DNA of 52,065 nt from an uncultured Clostridia bacterium (GTDB lineage: Bacteria > Bacillota > Clostridia > Christensenellales > Borkfalkiaceae). Shown in pieces: positions 9,987 to 17,441 of this stretch. The notes beneath the pieces are model-generated. The model saw only the letters and a program-made list of their open reading frames with translations, searched no databases and was not told where the DNA came from. The translations under genes were made by a program, and so were the position numbers. The stretch is from NCBI GenBank assembly GCA_944353935.1, contig CALVPV010000001.1, positions 1 to 52,065 on the forward strand. The letters are read 5' to 3'. How positions within the stretch are numbered: position 1 is the stretch's first letter; the number at the start of each line of letters is the position of its first letter.

Positions 9987-10304
9987 ATAATTCTTTACAA
10001 CTTTTCAAATTTATCCATTTGAATAATATATATAATATAGAAATGAAAATTATGTGAGCAAAACCGTCACCGCAACATCACGGGGCGCATTTATAATTAT
10101 TCATTTATGCATTTTTGCCGTATAATTTTGCACAGACTGCAAACGTTCGGCATATAAACCGTAAAAACAAGGTAAAATTTATGATGAGCAGTTGATAAAA
10201 ATACTTTTTATGCTTTGAATTATACAGTTTATGCCGCAACTGTTGAAAAATCTAAAAAACATGGTAGAATTTTAAATGTAGACAAGCTGTTTCCCTCCTT
10301 CACA

Positions 10305-10353
10305 TAAAAAAAGCCGGTGTACGTTTGAAAGCACGCGTACACCGGCTTTTTTT
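10305..10353. terminator. Bidirectional intrinsic terminator
   Basis: A 12-bp stem AGCCGGTGTACG/CGTACACCGGCT is flanked by an A-run on one side and a T-run on the other. Confidence 0.6.
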
Positions 10354-10450
10354 ACCGAGATCTGCACGAAAACGGCCGCCGCCCGCACAAAAAGCACGAA
10401 AGAATTTTTCCGTGATATGAAAAAGCCGCCTCAAATTGCAGAGGATTTTT

Positions 10451-10486
10451 CCACAAAAAGGGAAAAAGGGCGCAATATGCGCCCTT
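10451..10486 (-). terminator. Intrinsic terminator (copy 2 of a duplicated hairpin)
   Basis: Minus strand reads AAGGGCGCATATTGCGCCCTT followed by TTTCCCTTTTTGTGG. Confidence 0.55.
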
Positions 10487-10611
10487 ATCAAAGATTCGGG
10501 TTTAGTGGATAAAAATGCTACCTTCCAAACCGAGCAGAAGGGTTGCAGATTGCGTACTTTCAAATGCGAGGGCGAGGGAGTTTACTAAGACGTAAATGAC
10601 CGAAGCCCGAG

Positions 10612-10641
10612 ACATGAAGAAAGGGCGCAAGATGCGCCCTT
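10612..10641 (-). terminator. Terminator-like hairpin directly after tRNA-Gly (copy 1, weak U-tail)
   Basis: Minus strand reads AAGGGCGCATCTTGCGCCCTT followed by TCTTCATG. Including the GATA/TTT flanks, about 25 of 28 positions match the hairpin at 10466-10486. Confidence 0.45.
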
Positions 10642-10651
10642 ATCCTCTGTT

Positions 10652-10726
10652 TGGAGCAGGTGACGGGAGTCGGACCCGCCAAAATCAGCTTGGGAAGCTG
10701 ACGCCATACCGCTAGGCGACACCTGC
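10652..10726 (-). tRNA. tRNA-Gly (anticodon CCC), CCA encoded
   Basis: Hand-folded cloverleaf. Acceptor GCAGGTG/CACCTGC, anticodon stem TCAGC/GCTGA, loop TTCCCAA, T-stem GCGGG/CCCGT, discriminator T then CCA. The T-loop reads TCCGACT, which puts C at position 55. Confidence 0.85.
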
Positions 10727-11000
10727 AAAACTGTCTTTAATAATATACCATAGTCCGGCAAAAAAGAAAAGCGTTTACGCGACGAATTTTTAAATTTATT
10801 TGAGCAACTTTTGTCCCTTTATGCGCCATTACGGCACAACTTACATGGAAAGGCCGTATTTGACCGCCTCAATCACAAAAAGATGTTTGCCTGTTATGGT
10901 ATATTGTTATAATTTATTATACCGAATAGCCTCGTTTTACAGTGCATGCGGTTAAAACTATAAATATTTTAAATTTTTTTAAAAAACACCTTAAAATCAT

Positions 11001-11029
11001 TTGGCGTTTTGCCTGATTTTAAGTATAAT
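11001..11029 (+). promoter_or_regulatory. Predicted promoter of the Pro-like tRNA
   Basis: TTGGCG-17 nt-TATAAT, ending 22 nt before the tRNA 5' end. Confidence 0.45.
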
Positions 11030-11050
11030 AGTTTACGCTGTTTGAATAGC

Positions 11051-11127
11051 TGAGGTGTAGCGCAGCTTGGTAGCGCGTCTGGTTAGGGACCAGAAGGTCG
11101 TGGGTTCAAGTCCCGTCACCTCAACCA
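11051..11127 (+). tRNA. tRNA-Pro-like gene with anticodon AGG, CCA encoded
   Basis: Hand-folded cloverleaf. Acceptor TGAGGTG/CACCTCA (U1-A72), D-arm TAGCGCAGCTTGGTAGCGC (Pro-like), anticodon stem TCTGG/CCAGA, loop TTAGGGA (A34 G35 G36 G37), T-arm GTGGG-TTCAAGT-CCCGT, then A73 and CCA. Confidence 0.8.
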
Positions 11128-11130
11128 CGG

Positions 11131-11161
11131 AAAAAGGAGTAGCCGAGCTGCTCCTTTTTTT
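11131..11161 (+). terminator. Intrinsic terminator of the Pro-like tRNA
   Basis: GGAGTAGC-CGA-GCTGCTCC followed by a T7 run. Confidence 0.7.
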
Positions 11162-11201
11162 GTGCCGAAAATAGTTTATTCAAAGCGCAAGTTTATATTA
11201 A

Positions 11202-11235
11202 GTCGGCGCGCGGGCGCACGTGTCCGCGCGCCGGC
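11202..11235. terminator. GC-rich hairpin downstream of the collagen-like gene
   Basis: GTCGGCGCGCGGGC...GTCCGCGCGCCGGC forms an imperfect stem of about 14 bp. The tail is T-rich only on the plus strand. Confidence 0.4.
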
Positions 11236-11245
11236 TTACTTTTGT

Positions 11246-12046
11246 TTAGCCCGTGACCGAATAGCCTGTGATCACCACGTAAAAAGTAGCATTCGCAAGA
11301 TCGGCGATATTGTCAAGTTTAATCTTCAAAATATCGTCTGCGTTGGCATTGATCAAGATAAAACCGGAGGCGCTTCCGCTCATCTGCCCCATAACCAGTG
11401 TAGAAGGCGGCTGTACAACGCCGTTCAGTTCTACCGTTGCATTCACCATACCGCTTGCCGAAAGAGAATAGAGCGACCTGACATCTATCAAATACACGCC
11501 GCTATTGCCAAGTTTTATTTCCGTGCCGCTCGCCGTAACAACGGATGACCCTGCAGGAAATATCTGCGATGTGCCGAACTGAACATATTCGTTCCCTGAC
11601 GCATATGTTCCCTCGGCAGAAAAGATACACTCGCCCGATACGGGAGGGCTTATACCGTCCTCCCCCTTAGGCCCGGTCGCGCCCGTCGCGCCGCGCGGGA
11701 TAACAAAATCCAGGACATGGGAATTACCCGAGCCGCTGTCCGTTACGGCGGCGTATTCCTCCGGCTCCGCCGTTGTCGTATTTCCAACGGCAAGGCTGTC
11801 GGCAGTACCGGTCGCCCCTGTCGCCCCTGCTGCTCCGTCCGATCCCGCAGGCCCGGTCATGCCCGTTGCGCCCGTGGCTCCTGTACTTCCTGTTGCGCCC
11901 GTTGCACCGGTATTCCCTCGCGGGCCTGTAACGCCCTGCGGGCCGGTGGGGCCCTGTATGCCCGTGTAAGATATCACGGTAAAGCAGCCGTGCACTGTAC
12001 CGTCACGACAACAGGACAAATACGTGCGTAAAAATTCTTTTGTCAT
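11246..12046 (-). CDS. Collagen-like triple-helix repeat protein with a BclA/C1q-like C-terminal domain
   Basis: I prefer the ATG at 12046 with GAGGTG SD (MTKEFLRTY...). About 17 G-X-Y triplets ([25 protein letters not shown]...), a second short GXY run ([13 protein letters not shown]), and a beta-rich ~130-aa tail. Confidence 0.85.
   Translation of the reverse strand: MTKEFLRTYLSCCRDGTVHGCFTVISYTGIQGPTGPQGVTGPRGNTGATGATGSTGATGATGMTGPAGSDGAAGATGATGTADSLAVGNTTTAEPEEYAAVTDSGSGNSHVLDFVIPRGATGATGPKGEDGISPPVSGECIFSAEGTYASGNEYVQFGTSQIFPAGSSVVTASGTEIKLGNSGVYLIDVRSLYSLSASGMVNATVELNGVVQPPSTLVMGQMSGSASGFILINANADDILKIKLDNIADLANATFYVVITGYSVTG
11807..11962 (-). repeat. G-X-Y collagen triplet repeat (coding)
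   Basis: aa 29-80 of the collagen-like CDS, with a GGN-NNN-NNN periodicity dominated by GAT/GPx triplets. Confidence 0.85.
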
Positions 12047-12053
12047 AAACACC

Positions 12054-13121
12054 TCATATGAGACGATGCCTTTGCATGAAGTATTGCTTGTTGTAAAGGT
12101 AGCTTTCATCCTTAGGTTTGATGCTGCCCGCAAGTTCGTTATAATAAAAGGCTTTTTTATGGTCGCCCATCCTGTCGTACACCACACAGAGGCGGATATA
12201 GGGGATAAACCCCGAATAATCGCAGTCGATGAACGCCCCGCTGTTTATATCCTGCGGAAGCGCGGCTGCCGTCCTATACCAATATTCGGCAGACGGCAAA
12301 TCCCCGCGGGCATAGAAGCTGTCGCCGAGTATGCAGCACGCACGGCTCTTGGGCGGCGCCTCTTCAAAACTCTTTAAAAGAAAGCGCGTCGCCTCTTCGT
12401 TATCTCCGAGTGCCGAACAGGCATCGTACAACATCAGGCATGCTTCCGCCTTATTTTCCGACCAGCCGTCACTTTTAAGAAAGCGCGTAAGCACCGCCGT
12501 ACACTCCGCATACATCCCGTTATAGAAAAGTTCGCGGCCGTAATAGAACATCCCGCGGACGTCTAAAGTGCCGCCCTTTGATATGATTTTTTGGTATATG
12601 CGCAGGTTGCGCATGGGCTGCGCGGGCTTTACTTTTTTATGAAGTATCCGCGCATCCGAATATAATATCCTGCCGCGCGGCTCTATCGCTTCATGCACGG
12701 CGCCTTTCCATTTAAACCCCATACAGCGGCGGAAGATGCGCTCGCGCACATATCTGAGGACATCCCTGCCGTCGTCGTCCTGCGTCACGTATTGCAAAAA
12801 CGCAACATCATACTCCTCCATCCGCTCTTTGAGCGCGCAGAGCTTTTTTACATCCTCTTGCGCAATGACGTCATCCGCATCCAGCCACATCACAAGTCCG
12901 CAGGTCGCCTTTTCAAATGAAAAATTGCGGGCAGCCGAAAAATCGTCACACCATTCGAAGGGATAGACCTTATCCGTGAACGAGCGCGCAATGTCCTGCG
13001 ACCCGTCCTGCGAGCCCGTGTCAACGACGATTATTTCATCGGCTAACGAGCGCACGCATTCAAGGCAGCGGGCAAGCACTTCCCGCTCATCTTTTACTAT
13101 CATGCAAACGCTGAGCGTCAT
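12054..13121 (-). CDS. Family-2 glycosyltransferase with a C-terminal TPR-like domain
   Basis: GT2 hallmarks are [28 protein letters not shown] and WLDADDVI. The C-terminal half is helical-repeat-like ([12 protein letters not shown]..., [17 protein letters not shown]). Its stop lies 7 nt upstream of the collagen-like start. Confidence 0.85.
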   Translation of the reverse strand: MTLSVCMIVKDEREVLARCLECVRSLADEIIVVDTGSQDGSQDIARSFTDKVYPFEWCDDFSAARNFSFEKATCGLVMWLDADDVIAQEDVKKLCALKERMEEYDVAFLQYVTQDDDGRDVLRYVRERIFRRCMGFKWKGAVHEAIEPRGRILYSDARILHKKVKPAQPMRNLRIYQKIISKGGTLDVRGMFYYGRELFYNGMYAECTAVLTRFLKSDGWSENKAEACLMLYDACSALGDNEEATRFLLKSFEEAPPKSRACCILGDSFYARGDLPSAEYWYRTAAALPQDINSGAFIDCDYSGFIPYIRLCVVYDRMGDHKKAFYYNELAGSIKPKDESYLYNKQYFMQRHRLI

Positions 13122-13167
13122 ACTTCATTATATGAACGTATATGGGCAATTGTCCGCCCGTACGCAC

Positions 13168-13197
13168 TTGACACAAAACATTACCACCGTTTATAAT
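13168..13197 (+). promoter_or_regulatory. Predicted promoter
   Basis: TTGACA-18 nt-TATAAT, 20 nt upstream of the ATG at 13217. Confidence 0.45.
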
Positions 13198-13216
13198 TAT
13201 AAAAAAGGTAACATGT

Positions 13217-13681
13217 ATGAGAAAAAGCAAGCGGGAAGTAACAGACAAAACGGAAATATTAAAACTTATAGATGAATGTGATACCATAAGGCTTGGGTTA
13301 CACGACGAACCATACCCCTACATCGTACCGCTGTCCTTTGGCTGGGAAAATATCGGCGATACTATAAACTTTTACGTTCATTGTGCAAAAGAAGGAAAGA
13401 AATTAGACCTTATCGGCAAAAATGCAAATGTATGTATCGAAGGCGATATACTTGACGGATACGTTGACATGGGTCACTCCGTAACGGCCGACTACAAGAG
13501 CTTTATTGCTTTTGGCAAAGCGGAACAGGTATTCGGAAGCCAACTTGTACACGGCCTTAAACTTTTACTTAAACATTGCAAAACAGAAAATTACAGCGCC
13601 GAAGAGTGTGCCGCTCTGGGAATAACTGCCGTCGTAAAGATAACAGTTGAAAAAATAAGCGCAAAAAAAAGATTTAATTGA
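13217..13681 (+). CDS. Pyridoxamine 5'-phosphate oxidase-family (FMN-binding split-barrel) protein
   Basis: 154 aa. MRKSKREVTDKTEILKLIDECDTIRLGL..PYPYIVPLSFGW...FYVHCAKEGKKLDLI fits the Pyridox_ox_2/Nim-like pattern. Confidence 0.7.
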   Translation: MRKSKREVTDKTEILKLIDECDTIRLGLHDEPYPYIVPLSFGWENIGDTINFYVHCAKEGKKLDLIGKNANVCIEGDILDGYVDMGHSVTADYKSFIAFGKAEQVFGSQLVHGLKLLLKHCKTENYSAEECAALGITAVVKITVEKISAKKRFN

Positions 13682-13776
13682 GTTATATCTTAGCCGATGT
13701 GACCCGATTTGCTATTTTTTAATTACAGCGCAGCTTTATTATGGCAGAAAACAACTAAAAAGCAATACCTTGATAT

Positions 13777-13805
13777 AAAGGGCGGCGCAACATGCGCCGC
13801 CCTTT
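13777..13805. terminator. Bidirectional terminator between convergent genes
   Basis: AAAGGGCGGCGC-AACAT-GCGCCGCCCTTT. Confidence 0.65.
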
Positions 13806-13814
13806 CAATGGTTT

Positions 13815-15137
13815 TCAGTTTCCGAAAAATTCACGGTAAATTGCCCTTATGCACTTGTCGCAGTCTTCGTTTTTAACGCCGACGATTATGTTGAGTTCCG
13901 ACGAACCCTGATCTATCATCTTTACGTTTATTTCCGCCGCAGCCATAGCCTTGAACAGCCTCGCCGACGTACCTACCGAAGACGACATGCCGTGGCCGAC
14001 GGTGGCAATCAGGGCTATGTCTTCCGTGACCCTCATCGTATCGGGCGAGACGGCTTCGTCTATCCCGTGCAGGACGAGGTCGAGCTTACCTTCTTTAAGC
14101 GCCGAACTTTCAACGACGACGGACATCGTATCTATGCCCGACGGTATGTGTTCTACCGGTATATTGTACTTTTCAAGGACGGAAAGCACCTTGCGCACAA
14201 AACCTATCTGGGAGTTCATCAAAGATTTTTCGATGAAGATTACCGTAAAATCCTTTTTCCCCGCTATGCCGGTCACTATACTCCCGCTCGGCGTATAGTA
14301 CACGCTGGGCTGTATGAGCGTGCCTTCGTCCTCGGGGCGGAAGGTATTTTTGATGTGAATGGGGATATTGGCTTTACGCACGGGGAATATCGATTCCGAA
14401 TGGAGCACATTGGCGCCCATATAGGAAAGTTCGCGCAGTTCCTTATAGGACAGAGCCTTTATACGCCTGGGACTGTCGACTATCCTGGGATCGCATGCGA
14501 GAAAGCCGCTGACGTCCGTCCAGTTTTCGTATACGGTGGCGTTCACCGCACGGGCGACTATCGCGCCGGAGATATCCGACCCGCCGCGCGAAAATGTCTT
14601 GACCTTGCCGTTTGCACCCCTGCCGTAAAAGCCGGGGAAGACCGCCCTTTCCGCTCCGCGAAGCGCCTCGTTTATCGCCTTTTCCGATCTTTCGGCGTCA
14701 TACGCACCCTTTTTATCAAAGAAGATGACGTCCTCGGCGTCAACGAACTTAGCGCCGAGAACCTCAGCCATAACGCGGGCGGAGAGATATTCGCCGCGGG
14801 AAGCGGTGAAATCTTCATCGTTTTCGCTGTTGATGCGCGCCTCCGTTTCGTCAAGCACGGAATTTATGTCAAAATCTATATTAAGTTCCCTTACGATGCT
14901 GTTAAAGCGCGAGCGGATCAGTTGAAACGCCGCCCCGCAGGAACCGTTCTTTTCCACCTCTTTGTGGCATTCGTACAAAATATCGGTGATCTTTATATCG
15001 CCCGAATAGCGCTTTCCCGGCGCCGAAACCACGATGTACTTTCTGTCTTTGTCAAAATCTATTATTGCCTTGACGCGGTTCATTACATTGCCGTCCGCCA
15101 TGGACGTACCGCCGAATTTACATACTTTTAATGCCAT
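13815..15137 (-). CDS. lysC: Aspartate kinase
   Basis: 440 aa. N-terminus MALKVCKFGGTSMADG, an amino-acid kinase core, and a C-terminal ACT-like pair (ALIATVGHGM..., IIVGVKNED). Confidence 0.92.
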   Translation of the reverse strand: MALKVCKFGGTSMADGNVMNRVKAIIDFDKDRKYIVVSAPGKRYSGDIKITDILYECHKEVEKNGSCGAAFQLIRSRFNSIVRELNIDFDINSVLDETEARINSENDEDFTASRGEYLSARVMAEVLGAKFVDAEDVIFFDKKGAYDAERSEKAINEALRGAERAVFPGFYGRGANGKVKTFSRGGSDISGAIVARAVNATVYENWTDVSGFLACDPRIVDSPRRIKALSYKELRELSYMGANVLHSESIFPVRKANIPIHIKNTFRPEDEGTLIQPSVYYTPSGSIVTGIAGKKDFTVIFIEKSLMNSQIGFVRKVLSVLEKYNIPVEHIPSGIDTMSVVVESSALKEGKLDLVLHGIDEAVSPDTMRVTEDIALIATVGHGMSSSVGTSARLFKAMAAAEINVKMIDQGSSELNIIVGVKNEDCDKCIRAIYREFFGN

Positions 15138-15154
15138 ATGATATTCCTTGATAA

Positions 15155-16342
15155 TTACTTTATGCGTTTTGCCTCTATATAGTATCTCTTCTCCCTGCCT
15201 TCACCCATGGAGAAAGTTTTTTTGGGCAAGTTGCCCTGCCGCTCTATCAGCCCGAAAAAGTCACCCTTCTGCATTGCAGGCAGCAGTATCCCGACGCCAT
15301 CGCCTGACAGCGCGCTCACCTGTTCGTCACCGTGGATATAGTCGACTTCGCCGCCGTGTTCCGCAATGAAGGCGGCAATATAGTCGTCAAGCCGCCTTAT
15401 GCCGCTCGGGATATCTTCGGGAAAAGGAAGCGAAGATTTGGATGCGCCGTATAAAATTTCTACGTTTTGACCGCCGCATATGTTCCATCCATCGATAAAT
15501 TCTAACGGCGACGCCGTGCGGACGAACCTGTGTATGGGATGGAATATCAGGGCGGGGTCGTATATATTGACCGCCTCGCAGAGCGCAAAGCGCGCGGGGT
15601 GGACTTTTCTGCTCTCACCGTCCAATCCCCGTTTGACTTCCTCCCACATGAGTTTTGCAGCGGCGAGCGAATGATTACCGTCGCCTACGGCAAAGAGCAT
15701 GCCGTCCTCTGTGCAGAGAGAGTAAAAGGCGTCGCGAACCTGCCGCGAATTTTTTATAAATATGCCCTTTATGCTCCCGCCGCCCATATTCAAGCGGCTG
15801 TCGTACAGAATATCGCCGCGCTCCGCGGCAGAGAGCACTTTAAATTCAGGATCGTCATACAACAGCATTATATGCGGCAGTTCGAGCGCCGCGCCCCTGC
15901 GTATGTCCACACGCGGAGGCAGGCGGTCTTCCACCGTCTCTTCCGTGGAGCGTATAAGCGCCCCGTCGCCGACGCGGAAAGAATAACTTTCAAGATCCAC
16001 CGCGAGCATTATCCCCGTTCTCACCCTGCCGCCAAAGGTACGCTCGGTGAGGATGAATCCCTCTTCACACTCCTTAAAGACGCCCTCTTCAAGGTAGCGC
16101 GCCATCGCCTTGTTTATTGCCTCGGTGCGCTCTTTGCGCCCGCTCTTTAAATATATTTCCGGGTATATAAGGTGGTACGTGCTGTACTTTCCGCGGGTGA
16201 GCTCTTCAACGTTTTTCCAATAAGCCGCATCGCCCGTAAACTGGTCGCAGGCGATGACCGCCCACGTATATATGTCCGCTTCGCGCGGGAGCAATATCCG
16301 CGGGATGCCTATGCAGCCCGCCTCTTCTTTTGCAAGCTCCAT
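15155..16342 (-). CDS. DUF1015-family protein (function unknown)
   Basis: 395 aa. The motifs WAVIACDQFT and AVGDGNHSLAAAK match DUF1015 as I remember it. GAGG SD, 8 nt after the mini-ORF stop. Confidence 0.6.
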   Translation of the reverse strand: MELAKEEAGCIGIPRILLPREADIYTWAVIACDQFTGDAAYWKNVEELTRGKYSTYHLIYPEIYLKSGRKERTEAINKAMARYLEEGVFKECEEGFILTERTFGGRVRTGIMLAVDLESYSFRVGDGALIRSTEETVEDRLPPRVDIRRGAALELPHIMLLYDDPEFKVLSAAERGDILYDSRLNMGGGSIKGIFIKNSRQVRDAFYSLCTEDGMLFAVGDGNHSLAAAKLMWEEVKRGLDGESRKVHPARFALCEAVNIYDPALIFHPIHRFVRTASPLEFIDGWNICGGQNVEILYGASKSSLPFPEDIPSGIRRLDDYIAAFIAEHGGEVDYIHGDEQVSALSGDGVGILLPAMQKGDFFGLIERQGNLPKKTFSMGEGREKRYYIEAKRIK

Positions 16343-16350
16343 TTTTTACC

Positions 16351-16461
16351 TCAGTTGAGATTGATGAGGAATACAGTGAGTGCCGCAAGCACGACGGCAA
16401 GTATCTTTATCGGCACATATTTTGTAAAAAGGTCTTTAAAAATCTCGCTCAGTTTTTTCAT
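16351..16461 (-). CDS. 36-aa single-TM mini-protein, translationally coupled to cdaA (resembles a CdaR N-terminal anchor)
   Basis: Hand translation gives MKKLSEIFKDLFTKYVPIKILAVVLAALTVFLINLN*. Its ATG overlaps the cdaA TGA (ATGA). It is below the 60-aa cut-off of the ORF track. Confidence 0.45.
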   Translation of the reverse strand: MKKLSEIFKDLFTKYVPIKILAVVLAALTVFLINLN

Positions 16462-17279
16462 TCTTTTGCCTCCGCCGCAAGGTCATCCCAATAGTAGTCG
16501 CTGAGGGCGTTTTTAAGGTCGGCCGCATCGGCATACTTCTTTTTTATTGCGCCGTTTTTTACTATGGAGATAATACCTGTCTCTTCCGAAACGACGAGCG
16601 CCGTAACGCTCGCGACCGAAGTCACGCCGAGCGCCGCGCGGTGGCGGCTGCCCATATCCTTGGGGAGATTATCGCTCTGCGCAAGCGGGAGAAAACACCC
16701 CGCCGCATATATCTTGCTGCCCTCCACTATCATTGCCCCGTCGTGAAGGGGCGTCTTGGGGTAAAACACCGTCTCTATCATCTGGGCGGATATCTCCGAA
16801 TCGACTATGGTGCCGCTCTCTATGATGTTTTCCGGCAGGTTATCGTTTGAAAGGACTATGAGCGCGCCGATATTGTTCTTTGACATATTCTGCAGCGCGC
16901 GCACCATTTCGTCGATTATCACGTCCACGCCGCCCGCGTTGACTTTGAGCCTGTCGTTCCTGCCCTTTACCATATTGTCGAGCAGCACCCTCTTGATTTC
17001 GGTGTTGTACATGGTAAAGACAAGTATCGCGAGCATCATTATGACTATGAGCAGGAACTGCGATTCTATGTTCTTTGAAAAACCGAACGCAAACCCGCAC
17101 CACACCACGGAGAAGACGAACACGACGATGAGTTTGTAGCTTTTGTTGGTCTGCAGTACTTTGAACGCATAATAAAAGAGCACGACAAAGAAAATAAATT
17201 CCATGACGTACGAAAGGGCGTTGTCGCCGAATTCGTCAAAAAAGACGCGCACATTTTCTGCAAATGCTTGCCAATTCAC
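16458..17279 (-). CDS. cdaA: Diadenylate cyclase CdaA
   Basis: Three N-terminal TM helices plus a DAC domain (PLHDGAMIV and GSRHRAALGVTSVASVTALVVSEETG). GTG start preceded by GGAGGT. Confidence 0.92.
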   Translation of the reverse strand: MNWQAFAENVRVFFDEFGDNALSYVMEFIFFVVLFYYAFKVLQTNKSYKLIVVFVFSVVWCGFAFGFSKNIESQFLLIVIMMLAILVFTMYNTEIKRVLLDNMVKGRNDRLKVNAGGVDVIIDEMVRALQNMSKNNIGALIVLSNDNLPENIIESGTIVDSEISAQMIETVFYPKTPLHDGAMIVEGSKIYAAGCFLPLAQSDNLPKDMGSRHRAALGVTSVASVTALVVSEETGIISIVKNGAIKKKYADAADLKNALSDYYWDDLAAEAKE

Positions 17280-17441
17280 TTAATATACCTCCGTTCGGCG
17301 CGAAAGGGCGCCATGCAAGAGATTGAAGCCCGCACATAAAGGCATATGCGGCTGCCGCGGCGCTTTGCCACGATAAAGCGCCTTTTTAACATTATATAAT
17401 CAAATCGGCGAAAAATAAAGCGTTTTGCCGCCGCAATTTAT

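Noticed and set aside
10229-10285. 18-aa minus-strand mini-ORF (TTG start) behind a strong GAAGGAGGG SD
   Set aside because: It lies immediately downstream of a bidirectional terminator with no visible promoter. The peptide (MSTFKILPCFLDFSTVAA) has no recognisable feature. It cannot be supported without conservation or ribosome-profiling data.
10300-10563. 87-aa minus-strand ORF in the AT-rich gap
   Set aside because: It runs straight through two terminator hairpins (10305-10353 and 10451-10486), has no SD, and is basic and low-complexity.
10491-10620. Possible small SRP (4.5S) RNA, because of GGUUUGGAAGGUAGCA resembling the GGAA-tetraloop region
   Set aside because: The flanking nucleotides cannot form the conserved helix-8 symmetric/asymmetric loops or the closing stem, and the 5'/3' ends do not pair. 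I kept it only as an unclassified sRNA candidate.
10741-10906. 15-bp imperfect inverted repeat (AATATACCATA / TATGGTATATT) flanking about 140 bp, possibly a MITE
   Set aside because: Both arms coincide with extended -10 elements (TGGTATATT) of divergent promoters. There are no target-site duplications and no further terminal similarity.
11162-11548. 128-aa plus-strand ORF after the Pro-like tRNA
   Set aside because: It starts inside the tRNA terminator tail and is antisense to the conserved C-terminal domain of the collagen-like protein.
13992-15131. 379-aa plus-strand ORF opposite lysC. Similar long antisense ORFs occur at 3914-4966, 19819-20805, 23305-24030, 25195-26004, 28127-28876, 43121-44158, 47847-48716 and 48903-49577.
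   Set aside because: All of them lie fully inside confidently identified genes on the other strand, lack SD sequences and have Arg/Gly/His/Val-rich nonsense-like composition. The abundance of stop-free antisense frames looks like a codon-usage side effect, not overlapping genes.
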